A stretch of 64,000 bases of DNA from Heterodontus francisci (taxonomy: Eukaryota): assembly GCF_036365525.1 (NCBI RefSeq), contig NC_090397.1, forward strand, positions 23,558,034 through 23,622,033, written 5' to 3'. The notes under the pieces are model-generated. The model was not told the origin of the DNA. It was given only the letters and a program-made list of their open reading frames with translations, and ran no database searches. The position numbers and the translations under genes were made by a program. Each line of letters begins with the position of its first letter. Positions within the stretch are counted from its first letter, which is position 1. Shown here piece by piece: positions 25,825 to 37,005 of the stretch.

Positions 25825-26540
25825 GGCCACGAAATTCAGCTCCATTACACCTGTGGGGCTGAATTTAGTGAGCCCATTGTGGATCTAGGCGGCAGACCCG
25901 AAGTGAGCGCTATTCCCGATAGTCATGTGGACGGCCGGTCTGCGCGATCACGTGGCAGGTGGCCACTTTAAAAAATGGAGGCATGGGGCCCGGCCAATCG
26001 TGTGGTGGGGCTGGGATGCGAGACGCTGAAAACGGCATCGGATGACTCCGGAGCAGGTGCTGGCACCATCTTTAAAGCCCTGTCAGCCCTGCATGCATTG
26101 CTGCCTTGGACTCATTTGTGGCTTGCTGATCACACCGGTGAGCAGTGTTGCAGTGACTCTGGACCCCCCCCCCAAGCTCTGGAGGTGGACCCTGCAGGAC
26201 AGCAGAGGCAAGACACAGGGTGGCACCACAGTTTAGCAATGCCTCCCTCAATATACTCCACCAGGCTGCAAGGGAAAGGCGGGTGGTCCTCTTCCTGAGC
26301 AATGGTAAGAAGAGGTCCTCCTGCCTGACCAAGCAAGCCTGGGTGGACATTACAGAGGAGGTCAGCAGCTGTGGGGTCATCCCTCACATATGGGTACAGT
26401 GCCACAAGAGGGTCAACGACCTCTTTCTCTCTGCCAAGGTGACTGCTCCATAACTCTCTCCTTTTTAGGAAACGCAGGAGGAAGTGGGACATGGGGAGGG
26501 AGGCACTACAAATCTGCTGGCAGAGGGGGTTACGCCTCAC
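25825..26540 (+). mobile_element. Truncated Harbinger element with Myb/SANT-like ORF fragment
   Basis: APQFSNASLNILHQAARERRVVLF...TKQAWVDITEEVS...WVQCHKRVNDL (26220-26453) is typical of the Harbinger accessory DNA-binding protein. Begins 'ggccacgaaatt'. Confidence 0.75.
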
Positions 26541-27363
26541 CGCAAATTGGATAAGTATTTGGAAAGGAGTAAATAATAGCTGTTATGGGGAACGGGAAGT
26601 TAAATGGGACTAGAGGAAACAGGTCTTGTTGAAGAGCTGCCACAGGTATGAGCTAAATAAGCTCATTCTGTGCTATAATTTCAATGATTCTATGTGAGGG
26701 CTTTAAGCACCAAGGATCACTGGAATTCATGGCCATGCTCGTCAGTTCCCAGGCATAAGTTTACCTGTAGTCTGGTAATTAAGGATTAGCGTCACAAATG
26801 AACCGATCTGTCGGTTACTCCCCAAAAAAAAACACACTCTGCAGAATGTTTGGAATGCTGGAACTTGCTGCCCTGCCCTAACATGTATTTTATATTTGAT
26901 TTTCTAATCTGAACTTCCAAACAACCCAAGCTTGCTTAAAGCTGAAGGAAATCCTATATTGTACAGCCTTCACAAAAAAATAGGCCTGTCAGCTTAGATA
27001 CTTTCTAAAAAGGATTGCCCTTTTAAATCTCACAACACAAATATTTGTATTTTTCATCAGCTGGAGAATTCTAGTTAAGCACTGGCAGTAGGTACAAAGT
27101 CTTCTAGTTGTCTTCACAGCCATACATCATTGCTTCTTTTCTTCAACCATAATTGAACATAAAACAGATGATATCAGTTTGCACGACACATTGCCAGATT
27201 TATAATCAATTTTCAGTCAGAAATCAATAGCCGGCAAGTGGTAGAGCTCAACCTGCCACTCTGCTGAAGATTGCAACTTGAGCACATCCACCTGCAGCTA
27301 TTTTGCTGTTAGATCAGTAAGGTTAATCTTTTTTTGAAGTTGGTTGCTTTTAAAGATACTTAC

Positions 27364-27459
27364 ACGAAATTGTTTCAGTCTTTCTGCTCTCTCCCGCAGG
27401 ACTTGTTCTTGCACTGCTGTCTTCTTTGCTCGTTCAGTTCTCCATTGTACCTGTTTCTT
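27364..27459 (-). CDS. Putative exon 4 of unidentified coiled-coil gene
   Basis: 'tttgatccag|AAGAAACAG...TTTCGT|gtaagt', 96 nt, phase 0/0, KKQVQWRTERAKKTAVQEQVLRERAERLKQFR. An alternative in-frame acceptor would start the exon at 27450. Confidence 0.65.
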
Positions 27460-28229
27460 CTGGATCAAATCAAATATTATTTGAATCAGAAGCTAAAGTT
27501 CAGAGTTTTATTTGCCGGAGCTGACAGCAATGAAGTTAGCTTGCTGTTGAGAATGCTTTTCACTGTCTGGCAATAAATGCTGAAGATTTTTAAATAATAA
27601 ATAAAGATTTACCTATTGAAACCCTGGTGTAATGAGCTTTTGGTACAATATAAAGTTTTACTTTAGATCTAAAGTATGGTATGTGATTTACAATGACTAC
27701 AGAAATCCAAGTAAAATATATCATTATCTTTAGACAGGTCATTTTCATGTAAACAGTTAGAATAAAATATATGTAATATTGCATTTAGAAATTCAGGGAA
27801 AAGGAGGCTTGGAGGCCAATTCGTGTGACCATCACCATATGTCATGTAAAAAGCCTCTTCTGCCTAGCTTCTAGTGCTGGGGATAACTCAAAAAGTGGTT
27901 AGAATTAAGCCCAAACAATACCATCTTGTTTTTCTTTATGCCTCCTAATAATTAGGACCTATCAGACTCCTGGATCATTGCTCTCAGCTTCTTCATGTTA
28001 GATATTATGCTAGGTTGTGAAGTATGGCAAGTTCATAATGAGAGTGGAGTGTACTTGTTAATTCATGGTGGCTTGAGAAATATGTGGTTTAAATTATTCA
28101 ATTATTCCTAGATAATAGTCTTTATCATCAGAACTGCAGAATGAAGCTATCACTATGGTTTTCACCTCTACCATGCTCACCTCAGACATAAACTGAATAT
28201 TCATCCTAGATTCAACCTAGCAGAGATGA

Positions 28230-28500
28230 GTTGGTTGGAGGGATACAAAGATTATTTAGGATGAAAGGAATCAAGAATGATCTAATAAGACGGTTTGGTC
28301 CAGAAACAATGCTTGTACAGAAGATCCAAGAAAGACGATAGCGATGGTTTGGGCACAATGGAAACAGCTAGAATACCTGCAGAGATACAGAGAACAAGAA
28401 GCCAAGGAAGACCAAGGAAGACTGGATAGGCAATGTCAAGAGTGACTTGTCATAAAAGGGGCCCAGATGACTGAAGGATGATTCAGAAGCATTAACAGTG
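28230..28500 (+). mobile_element. Old RTE-like LINE 3' fragment
   Basis: Degenerate RWFGH ('cgatggtttgggcac') and GRPRKTWI ('ggaagaccaaggaagactggata') motifs. Confidence 0.55.
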
Positions 28501-29049
28501 GAATGAATTTCTTTGGCCCCATTATCACTGCTAACCTGACAGATGGAAATTTAGTTGCAGTAATAGTTTATCCTGGAATGTGCTCTGCTCACAGACGCCT
28601 AAAAATGTCATGAGTTCTCCATAGCTTTGACTCTGAGTGACTGACATTCAGTTGCTCATGGGTCTGTGAGCCTGCTATTGGATACAACAGTGTGAGGGTC
28701 TGACTCACAGACATCAATCTCAGGGAAATCAAACTCAAAGTAACATGTGCTTTGACTGGCATTCCTCATTTTCCGTGATGCAAATAGATAGTTTAAAAAA
28801 TCTATTCACCTCAGTTTGTGCCCTGAATGGTAGCTGCAACCACCAACTTACTTAAAGTTAAGACATTATTCGTGAATAAAACATTTGTTGCAAATCATTT
28901 GATTCTGGAAAGGGAGAAGAAATGAACAGGTGTGCCCCATTGCTTACCTGTGAAACAATGGCACCTTTGACACAACTACACTTTTTGGTGAATTTTTCTG
29001 CAGCAACTGTTCATTTCTGCTCCTTTCAACTCCATGAAATACAAAAATC

Positions 29050-30030
29050 ATGACTTACTTGCCCTTGTACTCCGTGCCTCTTTTTATGAACCCCAAGTGA
29101 CCCTTTTATGACTTTATTTGCCTGCTTTGTACTTTCAAGGAATTAAACATTGAAACTCTCATGTTTCTCTGTCCTGCCACACCCTTCAACATCTTTCCAT
29201 TGAATGTAACATCCATTCTTTATTTTTCTTCTCAAAATACAATATCTTACGTTTAAGTAAATTATTGATTAAATTGTCCCAGGCAATAGGTTGCCAACAG
29301 TTGAAGTACTGTGCAGTGTTAGGTGCTCCAATATAGAAAGAATGTTAAAGTTACAGGGTGTGTAGAACATAGCTTAGCCAAGATGCTTCCAGGGCAGAGA
29401 AACTATAGTTCTGAGCAGAGACTGAGGATACTAGCATGATTTCTACTAGAACAGAAGGCGAGAAGGCACTTTAGTAGAGGCTCTAAAGTTATGCATAGTT
29501 TTAATAGGGTGAATTAGGAAAGACTATTTCTTCTGGTTGGCAAATCCAGAATAAGGGGGCACACTATTAGAGTTAGGCCATTCATGGGTGAGATCAGGAA
29601 GCATTTTTCACACAAAGGAAATCTGGAATTCCATCCCCCAAAAGGCTATAGGTGCTGGACCAATTGAAATTTGCAACACAGAGATTGATGGAATTTTATT
29701 AGCTAAGGGCATTAAGGAACATGGTACAGATTAGCCACTATCTAATTGAATGACAGGCTTGAGGTGTTGAATGGCCTACTCATGTACCTATGCTCCTACA
29801 TTCCTATATTCCAAATTAAATTGCATTTGCCTCTTGTTTGCCCATAGCACTAATCTATATCTTCCTGCAGTCTTTTACAGTCTGCCTTGCTGTTTACCAA
29901 ACCTACTCTACTTTAGTGTCAATAGCAAATTTCAATATCATGTTCTCAGGCACAAGCCCAAGTCAATGTGATATATCTAGAACAAAAGTGGAGCCAGTGA
30001 CCCCTGGGGTACACCATTTCCAACTCTTCT
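29050..30030. mobile_element. Old CR1 fragments (a + strand 3' end at about 29290-29795 within a - strand CR1 remnant)
   Basis: Homology by eye to the intact CR1 ORF2 at 14700-15594, in both orientations. Confidence 0.6.
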
Positions 30031-30063
30031 CTAATACAAGCAACACATTAACCCTAAAGTACT

Positions 30064-31056
30064 ACAAAAGCAAAATACTGCAGATGCTCGAAATCTGAAA
30101 TAAAAAAGAGAAAATGCTGGAAATACTCAGCAGGTCTGGCAGCATCTGTGGAAAGAGAAACAGTGTTAAAGGCTAGGATTTTGTGTGGCCCGCTGAGGCA
30201 GGGTCGGAGGCGGGGGGCATGGACCATTGAGACGGGTGGTTTGGGGGGGGGGGTGGGAGGTGGTATGGAGGGCCCATCACCAAGCGATCTTCCTGGGGTT
30301 GGGATTGGCTGTTGACGCCCTTCCCACCCAGAGGCCAATTGAGACTCTTAAGTGGCCTATTAACGGCCAATTAAGAGCCATTTCCTGCAGCCGCTGGGAT
30401 CTGGCCAACGGCCAGTGTGGGGGTGGGGGTGGGGGGGGCTGCTGAATCTGCCACATGGAGAGATTGCCGTAAAATGAGGCGCCCTCCCTGCGGGCTTGAG
30501 AGGGAGTGGTCCCAGCTTCATGGGCAATTTGTGGCCCATGGAGGGCCCCCACTGGGAACTACTTAACCCCCCGTGAACCCCCATCCCCTGGACTGCACAA
30601 TCACACCCCAGAACCCCCTCGCTGGAGCGTTCTGGACTGGCTCTGGCGACCCTGCCTCACTTACCTGAGCTCTGAGGTTCCAGCGCTGGGGCTGGGTCCG
30701 ATGCCTCTGCAGTACTGGCAGTGGCCACCACTCCCGTTGGCTCTGCCGATACTGCTGTGCCACCGGACCTCTTTTTGGAGACGGGATCCCCGTCTTTAAA
30801 GGGACGGGAATCCCGGCTTGTGAAACTTAGCAGTTAAAACACTGGAGGATTACTCCAGGGGGCATGATACGCCAAGGCAGGGATCCTCTGTCTTCTCAGC
30901 ATGGTCCCAGGAGCCCTGGTTTCAGCACAAAATCCAGCCCAATGTTTCATCATCAGTTCTGATGAAAGGTTATCAACCTGAAATATCAACTCTGTTCCTC
31001 TCTCCAGAGATGCTGCCGGACGTGTTGAGTATTTCAAGCATTTTCTGTTTTTATTA
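30064..31056. mobile_element. Inverted pair of Penelope-type hammerhead repeats (30064-30170 plus 30941-30950 on -, 30951-31056 on +)
   Basis: 'aaaatgctggaaatactcagcaggtctggcagcatctgtgg...gttaa' is the reverse complement of 'aactctgtt...agatgctgccggacgtgttgagtatttcaagcatttt'. Confidence 0.75.
30171..30940. mobile_element. Harbinger-type MITE inserted in the Penelope-type repeat
   Basis: TIRs 'ggctaggattttgtg' / 'cacaaaatccagccc'. Confidence 0.75.
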
Positions 31057-31535
31057 ACCATAAGAACATAGGAGTAGGCCATTCCGCCCCTCGAGCCTGC
31101 TCTGCCACTCAATAAGATCATGGCTAATCTGATTGACCTTAACTCCACTTTCCTATCTCCCCCCATGACCCTTCACTCCCATGTCAATCAAAAATCTGTC
31201 TATCTCATCCTTGGATACATTCAATGACCCAGACTTCACTGCTTGCTGGGGAAGAGAACGCCAAACACTAATGACCCTCTGAGAGAAGAAATTCATCCTC
31301 ATCTCTGTCTTAAATGGGAGACCCCTTATTCTGAAACTGTGCCCCCTAGTTCTAGATTCCCCCATGAGGGGAAACATCCACCCAGCATCTACCCTGTTAA
31401 ATCCTCTCAGAATCATATGTTTCAATAAGATCACTGCTCATTCTTCTAAATGCCAATAAGTATAGGCCCAACCTGCTCAACCTTTCCTCATGAGAAAAAG
31501 CCCTCAGCCCAGGAATCAGCCGAGTGCACCTTGTT
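31057..31535 (-). mobile_element. CR1 3' fragment
   Basis: MFPLMGESRTRGHSFRIRG...FFSQRVISVW; tail 'cataagaacatagg'. Confidence 0.88.
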
Positions 31536-32188
31536 GAATAGCACCCGTTTCCAGGCCTTCGGCTAGTCTCTTCAATTCAGCTTTTTTGAGCTGCAAAGCT
31601 TCCAATAGGAAAGCTTTAAAAACTTTTTATTTAGTTACTAAGAATCTGATCAATGGAACTAATAAATTGTACACCAATAAAACTAATAAATAGTTCTGTA
31701 TTGTTTTTTAAAGTTACTTTCAGTCATTTAAAATCGGGTAACTCACAGGTGATAGAGCACTCTGATTAAAAATACCTTTTCTCATAATAAACCTATTTCA
31801 ACTTGCATTAATAAAGCTGCAGGAGGTTACCACCCTTAAATATATCAAGGAATATTTTTAAATGCAAAATTACGTTCTAAAACACTGTCCGATTGAGCTA
31901 GTTGGCAGTGTGAAAATACGTATGAGCAGAAACTTGAGCAAAACATTCTTCTTGCATAACTAGGGCAATTTTGAGAGCAATTTATGCTCAGATCGTTAAT
32001 TGCACCCAATGTGGAAACTCTTGGCTGTTGTTGCTGTAGGGCTTGGCACACTTGGGCTTGGTGATTGTGTACTAATAAACTTTTGTGAAAAGCTCAGGAT
32101 AGTATCACTACATTGATAGTGTGAAATGCCTTCATTACATGTGTACGTTGTGGACCATCAGAAATTATTCCAAATGCTATTCCAATAC

Positions 32189-32248
32189 CTCTTTAAGTTC
32201 CTTTTGTTTCTGCCTTTCCTCCTGTTCTCTTTGTTGCCTCCGTTTCAT
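32189..32248 (-). CDS. Putative exon 3 of unidentified coiled-coil gene
   Basis: 'ttttttctatttcattcag|ATGAAACGG...AAAGAG|gtattg', 60 nt, phase 0/0, MKRRQQREQEERQKQKELKE. Confidence 0.72.
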
Positions 32249-32338
32249 CTGAATGAAATAGAAAAAACTAATTTGATTCTCAGATAGTTCAGATGACTTC
32301 TAATAAACATCAGTACTTAGAAGAAAGATGCTGGGTAC

Positions 32339-32464
32339 CCTTTCCAGATGCTGTTGACTGTCTAATTGTTCTGTTTGCTGGATATTAGATATTAACTGAA
32401 GCCTCTTTTCATCCAGTGTCCTCAGAAATGCATTATCCTCCTCCTTATTCTCATCCTTCACTGC
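32339..32464 (-). CDS. Putative exon 2 of unidentified coiled-coil gene
   Basis: 'ttgtattttttcaatcag|GCAGTG...GAAAGG|gtaccc', 126 nt, phase 0/0, AVKDENKEEDNAFLRTLDEKRLQLISNIQQTEQLDSQQHLER. A 90-nt intron separates it from the next exon. Confidence 0.7.
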
Positions 32465-34048
32465 CTGATTGAAAAAATACAAATAAGGCTAAAATCATAC
32501 CAATCATTGTGAGAAATCCTGGTAAAATCAATTCAGTATTGCCAAAGGGAAATAATTCTGAAAGAGAGAGATCATAAGGAGTGAATTTATTTCAAAATTA
32601 TTTGGAGACTCGATTCCGGAGCTTAGGCATCTGGTGGTTGTAAAGTTACATTTAACCTCAGTAATCTTGAGGCTATCAGTCAGGATTCCCACTCCGGATC
32701 CCTGCTTGAAAAGGGTCAGTATCAAGTAAGGACAGACTTCGCTGTTATATGTTCCCAATGGCGAATGATCTTTCTAGGATCACATGTGAAAAATGGCTAC
32801 TGAAAGAATGACCAACTAAGCAATGTCAGAGGAAGCCCACCATTGTGTGTATTAGACCTTTAAGAAGAAGATAAGGGAAGAAAATTGGTTACAAAAATTA
32901 GTTAGAAATACTCACTAAAGAGCATTTAATCCATGAGCCTTAACAAATCATGATTGATAAATCTGACAGGAACTCTTCTTCACCAAAAAAAATAGAAATA
33001 CCCTTTATTGGTAATTTTCCCACAAAGTATTTATTTTTATATCACAGTGAATAGTAAACAACATTCTATGTGCTATAAGGCTTATTTCAAACATAGTCAG
33101 TATTTCAATGGGATCTTATCTCTATCCTCGCGGGAATTGCCACCATCTTGAAAATCCACACAGCCAGAAGTGAACAATTACATTTAAACAGCAATCATGG
33201 AGCAAAATAGTACAGATTGTGGCAGTGAGCCTCATAGATAAAGTGAAGAAGTAACGCTGTGATTTCATATAAAGATTTGACTGTGAAATGCGTTTAAAAA
33301 AATCTAAATTCAGTCCCTGAATGAAATTAAACTGACAACAGCATGCTTTATTTCCATATCAAATCCAAAATCTAATTATTGTTAAAGTATAAAACAATAT
33401 TTTTTCATCTTGATGCATTGCCACGAAGCTGAAACTTTGCTCTGGAACTATGATGCAACTTTTTCATGTTAGGCTGAGAATGTTCTGTCACAGACAGTTA
33501 AGAGTAATTTCAAGATGGCAACCATAGAGTTCATTAGGGAGGGAAGTGATGGCAGAGTAAAATGCAAATAATGGAATTTTGTACAATTTTTGAATGAAAA
33601 GCATTTTATTCCATTGTATGTGTGCATAGAACAAGCTCCAAAAGTTAGAGGCCAACTGTGCTCATAAGGTTGTACTGTACACTCAGGTGTTATTGTATAT
33701 ATGGCAATATAAAGATTGAAATTCAGAGAAATTAAAGGAGGCCAATTGGCCCACCACTACTGTGCCAATCCTAACTCTTTAACAAGAGCTGTCTACTCTC
33801 ATCCCATTTTCCTGCCTTTTCTGTGTATCCTGTTATGGTCTTCCTTTTCAAATACTTACCAGTTCTCTTTTCAAGTGGGAATAATTAGACTTGAGTTTAT
33901 TGTTCAACCTTTTAATTTAAAATGTGCAGAAGTCTTCCCACTAGATCTAAGGTAACATATGGGTGTGTTACATGACTCTAAAATAAAACCATAAGACTAC
34001 AGCCTACAACCTACAATGCATATGTCCACTTATTATCTATCTGGACAC

Positions 34049-34735
34049 CTATCTGCAAAGAAAAGGGCCCTGTGTATTAATATATGTAGCTTTCAGTACA
34101 CGCAAATGCGCCACACTGCGAGCACTACTGACAATCTTAAATTGGTTGTCAGTGTAATTCTTAGCACACTGAGGATTATTTAGCAAATGTTGTCCAAACA
34201 AAGAATCACATCTAATGTTAGACACTGTGTTTTGAGCTTTGCAAGCACGGGCTGGTTGGGTATGGCCTGTACCTTGCCCATTGCGAACAGCGGAAGGGAC
34301 ATGTTGTTTGATACGAGCCGCCAGTCTTTGGGATGTATGGCCTATATACCTAGCATCATACTGGCAGACAGAAAGAACATGTACAAACATTGCGCCTGTT
34401 CCAGCTAAACAAAATAAGGGACAGCCATTCACTGGCTCATTCCTCAGGGCAATGCCTTAACCTTAACCAGGCATAAAGATGCCTGGTTTAAATTTCAAAC
34501 AAAGCTTGGCAGTTAACTGTCAGTCAGTGTAAACTGGTGCATTATTCATGGCAACACCTCTACCAATCAGAGTTCAATTGCCAACAAATTAGCACTCTCT
34601 TCTCATACAGTATAAAGTCATTGTTTTCCCTTACATTGGTATTCTTGTGGATTGTCCTGATGAGTGCAAGATGAAAGGCTTCGACAACATGTCTCTATTT
34701 TCAGCAATACTCAAGTTCTGAACTACCAAATGACT
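34049..34735. mobile_element. Penelope-like element 3' end: GIY-YIG endonuclease (inverted, -) plus ORF end and pLTR with hammerhead (+)
   Basis: CQYDARYIGHTSQRLAARIKQH...GQHLLNNPQC...LKATYINTQGPFLCR on - (34049 to about 34365). It continues on + as RQKEHVQTLRLF from about 34366. Hammerhead motif at 34652-34687. Confidence 0.85.
34652..34687 (+). ncRNA. Minimal hammerhead ribozyme motif (Penelope pLTR type)
   Basis: ttgtc-CTGATGA-gtgcaagat-GAA-AGGCTT-C-gacaa: perfect 5-bp stem I (ttgtc/gacaa), conserved core, near-palindromic stem III, UUC cleavage triplet. Confidence 0.65.
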
Positions 34736-35559
34736 AATCACATTTTTGTTTTATAACGTAATTTGCATGAATCACTTAACTAACATTATTCATTTTACAC
34801 CATCATCCTTAGCAAAAGGGATGAAACCATTTTTAAATTAAGCAGTAATAGATGGCCACTTGTATCAAGCAGGAATAACGAAAGGAAAGGTTTGTTATCC
34901 TCATATCCTTGGTATAGGATCGACAGATTCCACTAATGCCATCTCATCAAAGTTTCAGCTCTCTCTTGAATTACTCCACCCATGCTTTTCTTGTTGTTCT
35001 TTGCAGATTTCAAAAAAAGCTGAGCAGAGAATTATCCATTGTCACTGAAATACTGAATGAAGTGATGCCCCATTATATATGTATGTGCACTCTGAAATAG
35101 CTTTAATTGAACTAAACTGTCCTAAATTATGTTCAAATGTATCACCTCCAGTCACCTTCTGCTGAATTGTTTCAGTGTCAGCACTTTAACATCATGTGTT
35201 ATTTCAGTTCCAACAAAGAGACCAGGATTCTCTGCCAGGCAGGACGTGGCAGAGAATGGTACATTTCTGATCTGTTACTTAGCAGAGCAGAGGTTGTGAA
35301 CTAGGATGCGGAACTGGAAATGATTGCAGATGTAGGCTGATGCAAGGCCGTCGAGGAATTTGTAAAATGGTTCCAGATGTAGGCTGATGTAAAGACCTGG
35401 AAGAATTTGGTTGCCGAGCTAGGCTGATGCTAGACCATGGAGGAATTTGACTTTAAGGATGCAGAGTTTGACTTTAATGCACCAGGGAACCAGGATGCTG
35501 GGAAGGATGTGTTCATTAGTGGGCAGGGTAAGATGCAAGTAATGGAGTTCTAGATGAGT

Positions 35560-35975
35560 TGGAATTTGCGAAGGGTGGAGCTGGGGATGCCAGAGAAGAA
35601 ACTGTTTGGAAGGTCTATACTGGAAGTCATTGAGCATGGGGAAGGGTTTCAGCTGGGTTGAGTAAGTGAAGTTAGGCAACATTACAGAAATGAACTAGTT
35701 GTGAGGTTTGAAACTAGGTTTAAAGTCAAAAACAGTACATTGAGCTTACATACTGACAGATTAAGCCTCAGAAAAAGCTGGGAAGGGGGATAGAATTGAG
35801 GAGGTGCTGTGGTGAAAAGTTTCTGACAAGAGCTGAAAAGAATGGCTTCAGCTTTGCCATTGATCAGTGGGCAAAATTCTGGCTTCACCACAACTTAATA
35901 TTGGACAGTTACACGACACAGCAAGGGTCATGAGATCAAATGTGATGGTGGAGACACACAGCTGGGTGTCAGCAC
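35560..35975 (-). mobile_element. Highly decayed L2 fragment
   Basis: LINGKAEAILF (cf. LNIGKTEAIVF) motif; weak homology to 20900-21200. Confidence 0.5.
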
Positions 35976-36346
35976 TTCAACCCCTTCTACCCACTAGCAC
36001 AGACTGGGTCAAGTGACTTGTTTTTGTGCTTTACCATTCTATGATTCTATTCTATAATTGATGCCAAATTCAGTTCTAATAGTTTATTTTATACACTTTT
36101 ATTGAAGTTTCCATCATATTTAATTGGTCAGAAATTCCATAACCATTTTTACTCAAGGATGCTTACTTTATATGAACATAGATTCTCAGCACGTTAATTG
36201 TCTTTTGCCCTTTGCCACTTTGTCTGACACTTTGATCACATGACCAGTCAGTTGCCATATCTTTCTCAGTTAACGCTATTGCCATCTGGATTAGAAATAA
36301 GCACAAACTGATAAAAATGCTGTTGTTTTAATAGTATACCACCTAC

Positions 36347-36408
36347 CTGTGCACCAAGGGTATCTCCCTTTAGCTTTGGGTTGTCCATCTTGATTTTTCT
36401 CCTCCAAA
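36347..36408 (-). CDS. Putative exon 1 (possible start codon) of unidentified coiled-coil gene
   Basis: 'atgtttactgcag|TTTGGAGG...GCACAG|gtaggt', 62 nt, ends in phase 0; WRRKIKMDNPKLKGDTLGAQ. ATG at 36388 in 'AAGATGG' (good Kozak context). Confidence 0.55.
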
Positions 36409-36867
36409 CTGCAGTAAACATATATACAATCAAAAGTAATGACAAAATGTACCTGGCTCAGAAAAGGGATACAGAGACAAACTGCTCAAATTTAACACAT
36501 ATTGTAAAATACAATATGCTTTCTTTCCTGGCTTATATATGAAGAAATTAAGAAGAATAACGTTTTGAAGAAAACTCCCCTCAAAATGCTCCTATCTTTC
36601 AAAAAAAATCGTATAGCTGTTTTTGTATTATTCTCTGGCCACTGACTCCTGTAGGACAGGTCTTTCCTATCAACAAAAAGCTGTCCAATTTTTTTTATAC
36701 TTGAGTCTTATTGGTAATCATTGATCTTACTGGGGTTAGTCTTGACATCACTACTCCCCTCTCATGCACCAAAGTGTCATGGTCAGCCTTATGCGTGCTC
36801 CGAGAAATGTGCCTTTGCATTTCATCTCGTTTACAGGAAGACTGACTGCACATTGGAGTCATTGAGT

Positions 36868-37005
36868 CATAGAGTTATACAGCACAGAAACAGGCCCTTT
36901 GGCCCATCGTGTCTGTGCCAGCCATCAAGCACCTAACTATTCGAATCCCATTTTCCAGCACTTGGCCCGTAGCCTTGTATGCTATGGTATTTCAAGTGCT
37001 CATCA
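36868..37005 (-). mobile_element. CR1 3' tail
   Basis: 'catagagttatacagcacagaaacaggccctttggcccatc' is the reverse complement of the CR1 tail. Confidence 0.75.

Noticed and set aside
27613-27668. AG...GT-bounded 56-nt segment as an extra exon
   Set aside because: Immediate in-frame stop in phase 0, and the length is not a multiple of three.
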